A stretch of DNA of 64,000 bases, taken from the IMG/VR virus record IMGVR_UViG_3300048123_000029, positions 884 through 64,883 of that record; one strand, 5' to 3'. Positions within the stretch are counted from its first letter, which is position 1. Every line of letters starts with the position of its first letter. The translations under genes were made by a program, and so were the position numbers. The notes under the pieces are model-generated. The model did not search any database and was not told the origin of the DNA. It saw nothing but the letters and a program-made list of their open reading frames with translations. The DNA comes from a virus (Duplodnaviria; Caudoviricetes). Shown piece by piece: positions 33,901 to 43,078 of this stretch.

Positions 33901-36900
33901 CAACAACCGGGTATTGACGGTGAGGTTGCTTCGGCTTCTCCTTTGCATGAGTTGGGCCACTGGCAAGTTAAACAGCAGGGTATAATAAAAGACAACAAAA
34001 TTGTTAGCGCTTCTAACGATATGGTTAGTAGTATTATAAATGATGTTAGGTCTAGGTTTAATAAAGGAAGCATATCTAAAGAAGCTTTTGATAATTTTAA
34101 TGCTAGAATTGCCCTATACAAAGATGTAGATGTTAAAGGAATAGACGCTGACGAGTTATTGCAATTAGTTTCAGACTTTACAGCAATAGGCGTTTTGCCT
34201 AAAAGTAGTTTTGGTAATATATATGGGGCAAAAACATTTGTAAACAGTATACTTAAAAAAGTAAATGGCGACTATTCTCATTTCTTTAAAATTAATTCAC
34301 CGAGCGATGTGTATGCGTTTGTTGCTAACTGGCAAAATAGAGCATTAGTATACCAATTACCTGAAGGGGAAGAAAAAGAGGGTGATAAAATTAAATCATC
34401 AAAGGCTGTAGAGAAGGTAAGACAAAGACTTGAATCAATACCATTAGAACAATTACCCTCACGCGCCAGTCAAAACATTATAGCTAATGAATTATTTGGC
34501 ATGGTAGATGCACAAATACGTAATAGACTTAATTTAGATCCAAACGTAAGAGAAGAGCTACAAGCTGACGTAATTGCAAGAGTATATGAAGCACAAGAAA
34601 ATACTAAATGGGACGGTAGGGGCAGCTTATATGGCTTTATAAACGGCCGTATCGCTAAGCGTATACTAGATGCTTTAAGAGCAAATCCAGATTATCTTGA
34701 TGTTGTAACAAAACAAGAGCTTACTGGTTTAGAAAAAGCTTCTGAAGTTGTAGTCGATGATGTACAAACAGCAAAAAAAGAAAAGCCTAAATTTAGAAAC
34801 TTATTACAAAGCAAAGTATTACCCGCTGACGCTTTAGAATCAGTACAAAAAAAATTGCTTAGTACAATAAGAGTGCTAAAATCAAAACTAGGCGCCGACA
34901 TTTCTATAAACAAAACAGTTACTCCTTTGGTAGCTGAGATTAAAAAAGAAATGGGTAAGCAGGCTGATATTGAATTTAAGAAAAGGTTAGGCTCAAAGAA
35001 AGATGGCATACTAAGAAAAAATTATCTTAGATTTAAAAAACCTATATTAGAAAACATGACAACCACTTGGTTGATGGGCGCTATGCCATTTGCTGTTCAA
35101 AAACAAGTTAATGGTAAGTTTACATCTGACTGGCAGGGCAAAAAGATTGACAGAGAAACGGTTGATACAGATAAAGCGGGTAGAACATCAGGCGCTGATA
35201 TAGTTAGAAGATTACCTAATATTGCAGATAAAGTTACTGACGAGCAATTTTTGTCTTACATGTTTAAAGACGGAGCTGTTATTCGTGGTCGTAAAGAATC
35301 TTTATCGAAGGCATTAGCCGAAGAGCTTGCGTTTGATTTATTTAATAGTGAATTACAAAAGCCAGACAGTGAATTAAGAAAAGCATTTGTAAATAATCAA
35401 GCAGCATTAGGCGCTGAACTTGCAGATAACTTTGTTCAAGAAGTACAAAAAGATACAGAACGAGGTAATATAAAATTTAGTAAAGGATTAGCTACATTAA
35501 CACCTGCAGAAAATGAAACTTTTAGAGATGGATTGCCAAAACTAAAAGAACTTATAGTAGGCATGGACAATGATTTTGGTAAAACGCCAACTGCAATTAA
35601 AAAAGTTCTGCAAAACACATATGGCGATAAATTTACTAAAAAACAATATGACGGTATATCTAAGCAATTTTTTAACTTATTAAAACCGTTAAATAAATCA
35701 TTCCCTAAAAAGTATGTTAATGTAAGTGAACAAGAACTAACAGATTATGTAGAGCAAGTTGCGCAAGATGTAGATGGCAATGCTTCTATACAATTATATA
35801 CAGGTGCTAGCGATTCTATTAAAAATTTATGGAACACAGGCACGAACGTTTATATAGCCCAGGAGGCTATTGAAAATGCGTTAAGCGAGTTACCTATAGA
35901 GACTGTTGTGGCTTTCTTTAGCGGTACTTTTGCTAACTCTGGCAAAGTTGGAATGCGTAACTTTAAAGACGCTAATGAAAGTTTTAGAGCTGATTTTTAC
36001 GGAGGTGAGGCTCAATGGCTTCCGGCTTTAAAAAGGATGTTCCCGCAGCTTGAAAGTATACAGAAAAACGGTGACATTGTTTTAAAAAACGGTAAAGTTA
36101 TAAAGAAAAAGTTTACAGCAACAGGCAGCGTTACTAAAGGCATGCTTGAAGCAAACTTTAATACAGATAAAGATATTAAAAATGCAACAGCTGCTTGGGA
36201 ATTTACTACAGCTGTCGTTAGGGGTATTAAAAATGAAAACCCCGACATACAAGCTATGGTTTTAGCGGCAATGAATAGCGGAACTAATACAGCTTTAAGA
36301 GTAGCTGCTCCTGTATTATATAGAACAGCGGGTTTTAATTCATTAGATAAAGATGATTATAGATACGAGCATGCTTTACCTGCTAGACGGGTTCTTTTTG
36401 ACATGTACAAGTCTATCGTGAAGGATGATAAGTCTATAAGCCTACAAGCGCTTAAAAACGATTATAAGGTCGCACTAATACCTAAGACAATGGATAAGGT
36501 TATTGGTGATCAAGGTTTAGGACCTATAGCAGTTGCAGGTTATGTTGCTGGGCAAACGCCATGGTACAGTCGCTATTATAATATACTAACGAGAGGAAAA
36601 GTACAATATGCTTTGGAATCTTTAGAGAATGGAGAAATTATTGGTCAAAATTATGCAGACTATTTTAATTCCACGTCTGATCCATTAACGGTTAAAACAG
36701 ACGCGCCAGCTGTAGTAGAAGCGAGTATAGCATATGAAAACGCTTTCAAGCTTTCAAAAGGCTTAAACTACGGTATAAATCCTAAAGGTATAACTGTGTT
36801 AGACTTTGACGATACCGTGGCGATATCTAAAAGCATGGTAATAGTTAAAATGCCAGTTCAAGACAAAGAGATATTGGACATAGCTGCTAGAAGAAAATTT

Positions 36901-39669
36901 AATAGCACTGTATTTAAAGACCTTCCTAGCTTTAAAAGATCATTTGATAATCTTTCAGAAGAACAAAAGCAAGAAGTTTTAAAAGAAGTTCCTGGCCCAA
37001 CTAAAAAAATTACACCAGCTGAGTTTGCAGCTGAATCGGTTAACTTAGAAAACCAAGGTGCTACCTTTGACTTTAGCGAGTTTAACAAAGTGGTTAAAGG
37101 CAGAAAAGGTCCATTGTTTGATTTAGCATTAAAAAGACAGGAAAAGTTTGGTAATGACAATATATTTATACTTACCGCAAGGCCGCAGGAATCAGCTTTA
37201 GCGATACAAAAATTTGCTAAAGGTTTAGGTTTAGATTTAAAGCTAGAGAATATAACAGGGCTCGCAGACGGAAGGCCAGAAGCAAAAGCCGAGTGGATGG
37301 TTGGGAAAGTTAACGAAGGATTTAATGATTTTTATTTTGCAGACGATCATTTTAAAAATGTTAAAGCAGTACAAGACACTTTAAGTTTATTTGATGTAAA
37401 ATCTGATGTTCAACAAGCTAAAATTAAATTTAGCAAAGGTCTAAATAAAAGTCTTAATAAAATGATTGAGCGCAACAAAAATGTAAAAGCCGAGGCTAAT
37501 TACTCAAAAGCGGTTGCGCGAAGAAAAGGAGCTAATAAAGGTAGATTTAAATTCTTTTTACCATATGGAGCAGAAGACTTTAGAGGTTTAACATCTTATG
37601 TTTTAGCCGGCAAAGGAAAGCAAGGAGATGCAGATCAAAAGTTTTTTGAAGATAATTTAGTTAATCCTTATGTAACAGGTGTAGCAGCAATGGAAAGAGC
37701 CAAGAGAGCATTAAAAAATGATTACGCGGCACTTAGAAAAATGTTCCCCACAGTTAGAAAAAAATTAGGTAAGAAAGTGCCAGGATTAGAATATACTTAT
37801 GACCAAGCTATAAGAATTTATTTGTATAATAAATCCGGGTTTGAAGTGTCTGGTTTATCTAAGCGTGATTTAAAAGCTATAAACAAATTTGTCGAAGGTG
37901 ATGCTGATGTAAAAGCTTTTGCCGATGGATTACAATTAATAACTAAAAAAGACGAATGGGTTAAGCCTAATGAGTATTGGGATGTGAGTAGCATATTACA
38001 AGATATAAACGAAATATCCGAAAAAGTTAGCAGAAAAGAATATCTTGCTGAGTTTATTGAAAATGTTGACGCTGTATTTGACGAGGCTATGCTAAATAAA
38101 CTTGAAGCGGTATATGGGACTGGTTACGTTGAAGCTTTAAATAATATTATAAGCAGAATGAAGTCTGGTGTAAACCGACCTAGCCAGCCTGGTAAATACG
38201 AAAGACAATGGTTAAACTGGGTTAACAATTCTGTTGGTACTATAATGTTTTTTAACAGAAGATCCGCTGTGTTACAGATGTTATCATTTGCTAACTTTGT
38301 AAACTGGAGCGACAACAATCCGTTAAAAGCGGGCATTGCTTTTGCTAATCAGCCGGCTTATTGGGAGGCATGGTCTAAAATATTCAATTCAGATAAACTA
38401 AAAGAAAGACGTGGAGGTTTAAAGTCCGACGTGCAAGAACAGGAAATTGCGAATCAAGCTAGGAATAGTAAAAACAAAGCAGGTGCTATAGTTTCTTATT
38501 TATTGAAAATAGGTTTTACCCCTACACAAATAGCAGATAGTATGGCTATTGCGACCGGAGGTGCTACGTTTTTAATAAACAGGACTAAAACATATACAAA
38601 ACAAGGCATGTCAAAAGCGGATGCCGAAGCTGCAGCGTTCGAAGATTTTAGTAAAATATCAGATGAGACACAGCAGTCAGGTGACCCTATGTTAATATCC
38701 GCTCAGCAGTCCAGCCATTTAGGGCGCCTTGTATTGGCTTTCCAAAATACGCCGATGCAATACACTAGATTAATGAAAAAAGCCGGCCAGGATCTTATAA
38801 ACGGCCGTGGCGACTTTAAAACTAATGTTAGTAAGATTGCTTATTATGGTTTTATACAAAACTTAATATTTAACTCATTGCAACAAGCTTTATTCGCTAT
38901 GATACCCGGTTTTAGTGATGAAGAAGATGAAGAAGATGTTGATAAAAAGCTAGATAAAAAAGAGTTAAAAATACTGAATGGAATGCTTGATTCTATATTG
39001 CGAGGCTCTGGTTTGTATGGTGCAATAGCATCTACGATTAAAAACGCATACATGCGCTACGAAAAAGAAGAAGAGAGAGGGTTTACCGCTGATCATACTT
39101 ATACATTGTTGGAGCTTGCAAACATATCGCCACCTATAGGTTCTAAGCTTAGAAAAGTGTATGGGGCAATACAAACAAATAAATTTGACAGGGGTATTAT
39201 AGAAAAAAGAGGTTTAGAAGTTTTAGACAAGCAAGGTAACTTAAATTTAAGCCCATCATATCAAATAATAGGCGGTCTATCTTCAGCATTTCTTAACCTA
39301 CCATTAGACAGGGTTGTATCTGAAATTAATGCTTTAGCGGAGGCGGTTGATGATAGAAACACTGCATATCAAAGAATAGCTTTGTCCTTAGGCTGGAGGA
39401 CATGGGATGTTAGCGCTAAGAATGAATATCACGATTTTCTTAAACTAGCTATACAGGAAGAGAAAAAAGATGCTTCAAAGAAAAAAAGAGAATATAATAA
39501 ACTTGTTGCAACGCAAAAGAAGTTTGATAAACTAGCTGCGATGACTCCTGATGAAAAACGAGAGTACTTATTAAAAGAAAAAGCAAAGCGATCTGCTGCA
39601 GCAAAAAAAGCAGCGGCTACAAGAAAGCGAAACAAAAGAGTAAGAGATTCAATACTAAGATCAAATTAA
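30913..39669 (+). CDS. Giant internal virion polyvalent protein (zincin, sigma-region-2-like, HNH-like and HAD modules)
   Basis: 2918 aa. HELGH aa1012-1016; sigma2-like aa~1187-1256; YEHALP aa1818-1823; HAD DFDDT aa1964-1968, LTAR, FADD; four K[FLS]SK linkers. Confidence 0.7.
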   Translation: MFKIKIDGVEYEINDSNIGVFQNAYGDLEQYKIEENTFQQDPASAETNVGSKNNTVSNSENGLLESNQPPERYINYKRNGKDASMSESEYNNFYADLEDKGRYPAEFDVYVAKTFPNTKIQTTNFDEGAMLDEVVVKAELSDEVKQAKKDSTELTAVIEAETPEANYEEIAGDYFTGLNDDGQITGMNRPQFFPTLRNSDGSPQMWQGKERKSGFSEYKNDYDTDLKNHLGPVKYKQYITAKELAEANGENLTKENVNQYISLELIQDNKNDKTIDSVVASKRSKAAENYTRDIGGFYVTDEEQKRQDLLEQFTGTDEVVTKKNTALLNEKERALRDARDFEAKFGRPLVRTEKLQGRTYTPFNRELTLNKVQEGEEKRIAKEAGEIESAVKIFDTQATELNNVQDEIRNYNVEQDNFNNPEEVAFRDSLFDRQRVLMNELQADQLILQARADKLTNDLNVYSTTNVADAALVKSYQTSDLLANTWESAFLGSAAQLGGAIISPFDGGITYEAATNYNQRLQSEAQKYLPQALTSDDDSSAAQYFGDMLIRNSPSIAVAAATMGAGAGLTGAARLAAIRQASNASMGIFFTMEAGGQLSNLEIQQREAPKMIAALNKQIEEAKANGTPLNEINKLEADKEYQENILSLNAFQKGFNSTIYGGTAALAERLGSLGFVKNFQKYSRAIGGNTLRKQFGETLGTNISKGLGNVTAVGAIGPGIEFIEEGATLIAQNLSDNLIFQPENPKSLIDGLDGEFFRNTYVTSLAIGGAGASQNVMTALNNEVKTRKQARQENEIRDKLIDVSNKLNTLDGRTKEARNLKQERDNLISDAADLNTAIPLNLKGLTGSEINRVFENAASIRKLKYQASQLDLASFDARDRREFERLKNASQVLYNESQSILGRSEAEIEKLAKNTPNPLVTEVNFRRFNMFKEIAKETKGVNVIDINNEEQFNAYLKENKLDGKKYSYTAMNEGNNSAAQVNNDILIFNEIAARNMQQPGIDGEVASASPLHELGHWQVKQQGIIKDNKIVSASNDMVSSIINDVRSRFNKGSISKEAFDNFNARIALYKDVDVKGIDADELLQLVSDFTAIGVLPKSSFGNIYGAKTFVNSILKKVNGDYSHFFKINSPSDVYAFVANWQNRALVYQLPEGEEKEGDKIKSSKAVEKVRQRLESIPLEQLPSRASQNIIANELFGMVDAQIRNRLNLDPNVREELQADVIARVYEAQENTKWDGRGSLYGFINGRIAKRILDALRANPDYLDVVTKQELTGLEKASEVVVDDVQTAKKEKPKFRNLLQSKVLPADALESVQKKLLSTIRVLKSKLGADISINKTVTPLVAEIKKEMGKQADIEFKKRLGSKKDGILRKNYLRFKKPILENMTTTWLMGAMPFAVQKQVNGKFTSDWQGKKIDRETVDTDKAGRTSGADIVRRLPNIADKVTDEQFLSYMFKDGAVIRGRKESLSKALAEELAFDLFNSELQKPDSELRKAFVNNQAALGAELADNFVQEVQKDTERGNIKFSKGLATLTPAENETFRDGLPKLKELIVGMDNDFGKTPTAIKKVLQNTYGDKFTKKQYDGISKQFFNLLKPLNKSFPKKYVNVSEQELTDYVEQVAQDVDGNASIQLYTGASDSIKNLWNTGTNVYIAQEAIENALSELPIETVVAFFSGTFANSGKVGMRNFKDANESFRADFYGGEAQWLPALKRMFPQLESIQKNGDIVLKNGKVIKKKFTATGSVTKGMLEANFNTDKDIKNATAAWEFTTAVVRGIKNENPDIQAMVLAAMNSGTNTALRVAAPVLYRTAGFNSLDKDDYRYEHALPARRVLFDMYKSIVKDDKSISLQALKNDYKVALIPKTMDKVIGDQGLGPIAVAGYVAGQTPWYSRYYNILTRGKVQYALESLENGEIIGQNYADYFNSTSDPLTVKTDAPAVVEASIAYENAFKLSKGLNYGINPKGITVLDFDDTVAISKSMVIVKMPVQDKEILDIAARRKFNSTVFKDLPSFKRSFDNLSEEQKQEVLKEVPGPTKKITPAEFAAESVNLENQGATFDFSEFNKVVKGRKGPLFDLALKRQEKFGNDNIFILTARPQESALAIQKFAKGLGLDLKLENITGLADGRPEAKAEWMVGKVNEGFNDFYFADDHFKNVKAVQDTLSLFDVKSDVQQAKIKFSKGLNKSLNKMIERNKNVKAEANYSKAVARRKGANKGRFKFFLPYGAEDFRGLTSYVLAGKGKQGDADQKFFEDNLVNPYVTGVAAMERAKRALKNDYAALRKMFPTVRKKLGKKVPGLEYTYDQAIRIYLYNKSGFEVSGLSKRDLKAINKFVEGDADVKAFADGLQLITKKDEWVKPNEYWDVSSILQDINEISEKVSRKEYLAEFIENVDAVFDEAMLNKLEAVYGTGYVEALNNIISRMKSGVNRPSQPGKYERQWLNWVNNSVGTIMFFNRRSAVLQMLSFANFVNWSDNNPLKAGIAFANQPAYWEAWSKIFNSDKLKERRGGLKSDVQEQEIANQARNSKNKAGAIVSYLLKIGFTPTQIADSMAIATGGATFLINRTKTYTKQGMSKADAEAAAFEDFSKISDETQQSGDPMLISAQQSSHLGRLVLAFQNTPMQYTRLMKKAGQDLINGRGDFKTNVSKIAYYGFIQNLIFNSLQQALFAMIPGFSDEEDEEDVDKKLDKKELKILNGMLDSILRGSGLYGAIASTIKNAYMRYEKEEERGFTADHTYTLLELANISPPIGSKLRKVYGAIQTNKFDRGIIEKRGLEVLDKQGNLNLSPSYQIIGGLSSAFLNLPLDRVVSEINALAEAVDDRNTAYQRIALSLGWRTWDVSAKNEYHDFLKLAIQEEKKDASKKKREYNKLVATQKKFDKLAAMTPDEKREYLLKEKAKRSAAAKKAAATRKRNKRVRDSILRSN

Positions 39670-39670
39670 T

Positions 39671-40255
39671 ATGGAACCATTTAACATTAGAATACAAAAC
39701 ATAACGCAAGGCACAAAAAAACCTGTTAACCAAGAGGTAACGCAAAATGCTGATGGTAGCGGTGGGCCTATTGCTATTGCTAAGCAGGTGTATACACCTC
39801 AACAGGACCCAAAAAATAAAAAACAAGCTAAAGAAAGATTAAGACAGTATGAACAAGACCCTTACCAAAGATCAGTTGATAAGTTTCCGCAGTTTAATCA
39901 AACTAATGACACCATCATAAGCAGCACAAGTGGGAACCGCAATCTTAATAAACACATGAATTCTCTTAAAGCAAAAAACGCTGCTACTCATTTACACGAT
40001 GGCAACGAATCCAATAGTTATATAATAAATAATATGAAAGGGCCTAAAGACTCTGCTTCATATCGTGAACCAAACGGCAATATAACTACTTATGAGTTGC
40101 ATGATAAAGAAGGTTTAAGAAGTAGTGTTAAAGCTGTGGCAAAGAAAAAAGACGCATGCTACCGCAAAGCAAAAGCAAAGTATGATGTATTCCCGTCCGC
40201 TTACGCTTCTGGTTATATAGCTAAATGTAGAAAACGAGGAGGTAAATTAGGATAA
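39671..40255 (+). CDS. Hypothetical protein with basic Cys-containing C-terminal domain
   Basis: KKDACYRKAKAKYDVFPSAYASGYIAKCRK. Confidence 0.55.
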   Translation: MEPFNIRIQNITQGTKKPVNQEVTQNADGSGGPIAIAKQVYTPQQDPKNKKQAKERLRQYEQDPYQRSVDKFPQFNQTNDTIISSTSGNRNLNKHMNSLKAKNAATHLHDGNESNSYIINNMKGPKDSASYREPNGNITTYELHDKEGLRSSVKAVAKKKDACYRKAKAKYDVFPSAYASGYIAKCRKRGGKLG

Positions 40256-40560
40256 TGGCATACGAGCAAAGCAAGTCCGCGTTCCCCAAAGTACGTAAGA
40301 CTAAAAAAGGAGCATCACTTAAACGTTGGTTTAAAGAAGAATGGATTGATGTAAGAACCGGTAAGCCATGCGGCCGAAGCGAGGGCGAAAGCCGTGGTAC
40401 GCCATATTGCAGGCCAAAGAAAAGAATATCAAGTAAAACCCCAAAGACCGCAAGCGAGATGTCAGCTAAAGAAAAAGCTGCAAAGATCGCTGAAAAGAAA
40501 AGACTAGGACAACCAAAAGGCAAACCCAGAAGAGTTAAACCTGTTAAAAGAAGAAAATGA
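40255..40560 (+). CDS. Small highly basic phage protein
   Basis: SLKRWFKEEWIDV...PCGR...PYCRP. Confidence 0.6.
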   Translation: MAYEQSKSAFPKVRKTKKGASLKRWFKEEWIDVRTGKPCGRSEGESRGTPYCRPKKRISSKTPKTASEMSAKEKAAKIAEKKRLGQPKGKPRRVKPVKRRK

Positions 40561-40712
40561 GTTTACAAGAACTAAAATTATACGCTATAAACGGCAGTAC
40601 ACTTGGCCTCACCACTTTTACACAAATAGAAGATGGTTTAAAAATAATGCTGCTCTTAGTGACTATTGGATATACCATAGCGAAATGGAAAGACATTAAA
40701 AAGAAAAAGTAA
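40557..40712 (+). CDS. Putative holin (51 aa, not in ORF track)
   Basis: MSLQELKLYAING...LKIMLLLVTIGYTIAKWKDIKKKK; TM helix plus basic tail; coupled to the endolysin. Confidence 0.6.
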   Translation: MSLQELKLYAINGSTLGLTTFTQIEDGLKIMLLLVTIGYTIAKWKDIKKKK

Positions 40713-41068
40713 TGATGAAGTATTTTAATTATTCAGAATTTGATAGCCCCGATGTGCAGGGCTCTGGGCAGATGATGGATAGGGATTTTTTACAAATACT
40801 AGATCAAGCGAGAGATCGCTTTGATAAACCTATTAATATAAATTCTGGGTATCGTACGCCGCAGCATAATGATTCTGTTGGTGGGACCGAGAAGTCTTCT
40901 CACCTAAAAGGTTTAGCTGCTGATATTGATTGTCGCAAATCAAAAGATAGATTTGAGCTTATTGATATATTCTTAGACTTAGGCATAAACAGGATCGGCA
41001 TTGCAGATACTTTTATCCACATTGATGTCGACCCTGATAAATCACCTAACGTTATTTGGACGTACTAA
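40712..41068 (+). CDS. Endolysin, peptidase M15A-like
   Basis: INSGYR..HN..VGG...SSHLKGLAAD...FIHID. Confidence 0.88.
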   Translation: MMKYFNYSEFDSPDVQGSGQMMDRDFLQILDQARDRFDKPININSGYRTPQHNDSVGGTEKSSHLKGLAADIDCRKSKDRFELIDIFLDLGINRIGIADTFIHIDVDPDKSPNVIWTY

Positions 41069-42783
41069 CCATCACAGGCAGCACATTCAGGATCCATAGC
41101 TTGTTGTGCTATATCTCCGCGTAGAACACTCTCTGTTCTAGTATAATACAAAGTCTTTATTCCGTTCTTCCATGCTTGCATATGCACCTGGTTAATCCAT
41201 TTTGGCGTAGCAACACTTGGGAAAGCGAGATTCAAACTAACCGACTGATCTATGTACTGCTGGCGAATGCCTGCTTGATTCACTAGCTCTAGTTGGTTTA
41301 TTTCTTTAAAGGTTTTAAATACTTCTTTAGCTGGTATATCATGCGCTAGCATTACCTCATCTAGCTCTTTAATATCTTGTACACTCCCGCCATCAGCAAG
41401 TATCTTATCCCATATTTCATTTGTATTTAACTTATGTTTTCTAAGAAGCTTTACAAGCGTGGGGTTCTTCCTAATGAACGTACCCTTCGCACTTTGTTCC
41501 GTGAAAACATTAGCGGCCCAAGGCTCAATGCCAGGACTAACGTTACCGCTAAGCTTACTATTAGACACAGTAGGAGCAACAGCCCTAAGATGGGTGTTAC
41601 GATAACCAGTGCCAGCACACCAAAGAGGTTCGCCGTAAATTTCCGCAAGGTCCATAGATGCTCGTTCGCTTTCGATTTTGATTTGCGAAAATATTTTCCT
41701 AGTTTCAAATTGAGCAAGTAAACCTTCAAAAGGAATTCCCTTTTCTTGGAGATACGTGTGCCATCCGAGTACACCCAATCCAAGCGCTCGTCCCTTTGAA
41801 GCAGAACGAACGGCATTTTCAAAACCTCTAAGTCCTTTGGCTCTTTGAATAAATTCCTCCATAACGCCGTCAAGAAACCACGTGGCGTCGTATATAAGGT
41901 TAGTACCTTTCCATTCTTCATATTTAGCTAAATTTAATGATGATAAGCAACAAACAAAACTATGACTCTCATCTGTGTGTAATGTAATCTCACTACAGAT
42001 ATTTGTCATATGCACTTTTAATCCGTTTTCTTTATATGCTTTTGGATTTGCCTTGTTAGTGTTTCCTTTAAACATGATATACGGCTCTCCAGTTGCTTTT
42101 CGCTTTCTAAGTAGTTTACTCCATCTATTTCTAGCGCTCGCATCTCCTTGTTCAAGCTTACGCATAAACTTATCACCAACAATTGCGCACTGATGTAGGT
42201 TAAGCGACTGTCTGTTAACATCTCCTTTAGGTTCTCTGATTTCCAACCATTCCTCGAAGTCGTCGTGGTCAATGTTAATATTAACTGAGGCAGCTCCTCT
42301 TCTGACTGATCCTTGATTAGTTGCAAGAATTGTTGAGTCGTATATTTTGCAAAAGGGGACAACCCCGTCTGATGTTCCATTACCTGTAATTGTTGCGCCG
42401 GCGGGTCTGATTTGATTTACACCGATACCAACTCCACCGCCGTGCTTAGCGAGTAGCATCATCTCTAAATTCTTTTGCCCTATATCTTGTATCGAGTCAG
42501 CAACATCAATACCAAAGCAACTAATAGGCAGACCACGATCGGTGCCAGTGTTACTAAGAACTGGCGAAGCCAAGCATAACCAACCGTTCCAGATATATTC
42601 AAAAAAAGTTTCCGCCATTTCTGGCTTATATAATCTGCGAGCAACTGTCTTAGCAACCCGCATGTAAGCGTCTCTCGGTGATTCGTCGTACAATAAATAT
42701 CCCCCGGATATAGTTTTCTTGTATACGTCGTTATTACCCCACGCAGGGTAATCCTCACCTTTTTTCCAGTTTTCATTCCACAT
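41065..42783 (-). CDS. nrdA: Ribonucleotide reductase class I alpha subunit (no ATP cone)
   Basis: PISCF, GGGVG, TNICSEI, VCCLSS, APT, IDQSVSLN, KTLYY, C-terminal CAACDG. Confidence 0.95.
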   Translation of the reverse strand: MWNENWKKGEDYPAWGNNDVYKKTISGGYLLYDESPRDAYMRVAKTVARRLYKPEMAETFFEYIWNGWLCLASPVLSNTGTDRGLPISCFGIDVADSIQDIGQKNLEMMLLAKHGGGVGIGVNQIRPAGATITGNGTSDGVVPFCKIYDSTILATNQGSVRRGAASVNINIDHDDFEEWLEIREPKGDVNRQSLNLHQCAIVGDKFMRKLEQGDASARNRWSKLLRKRKATGEPYIMFKGNTNKANPKAYKENGLKVHMTNICSEITLHTDESHSFVCCLSSLNLAKYEEWKGTNLIYDATWFLDGVMEEFIQRAKGLRGFENAVRSASKGRALGLGVLGWHTYLQEKGIPFEGLLAQFETRKIFSQIKIESERASMDLAEIYGEPLWCAGTGYRNTHLRAVAPTVSNSKLSGNVSPGIEPWAANVFTEQSAKGTFIRKNPTLVKLLRKHKLNTNEIWDKILADGGSVQDIKELDEVMLAHDIPAKEVFKTFKEINQLELVNQAGIRQQYIDQSVSLNLAFPSVATPKWINQVHMQAWKNGIKTLYYTRTESVLRGDIAQQAMDPECAACDG

Positions 42784-43055
42784 TATGTAAAGTATAGTAT
42801 TGTGTAGGCTATTGCTACGTTTAAATTAACCGCTACTAAGTTCCATTGCTTTGCAACAAACACCTGCGGTATTGATATTACACCAGCAATAATGTATATT
42901 ACTATGCCGGTCGGATCTGGCAGGAGGTGGGGGGCTGTCATCATAAATCCAGTCCCCATATATCCTAACCTATTTGCTATCCTCTCATGAGGCTTTAATC
43001 TTCTTTGTCTTACAAGCGCTTTTAATAAACTACGCTTTGTCGTAGAGGTCTTCAT
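42783..43055 (-). CDS. Small membrane protein between nrdB and nrdA
   Basis: 90 aa with up to three hydrophobic segments. Confidence 0.55.
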   Translation of the reverse strand: MKTSTTKRSLLKALVRQRRLKPHERIANRLGYMGTGFMMTAPHLLPDPTGIVIYIIAGVISIPQVFVAKQWNLVAVNLNVAIAYTILYFT

Positions 43056-43078
43056 ATATTTCTTCTTCGGTTATTAAA

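Noticed and set aside
36802-36816. DFDD in the giant protein as the DxDxD catalytic motif of a crAss-type virion RNA polymerase
   Set aside because: It reads DFDDT after a hydrophobic strand and is followed by LTAR and FADD, which are HAD motifs; no DFDxD was seen.
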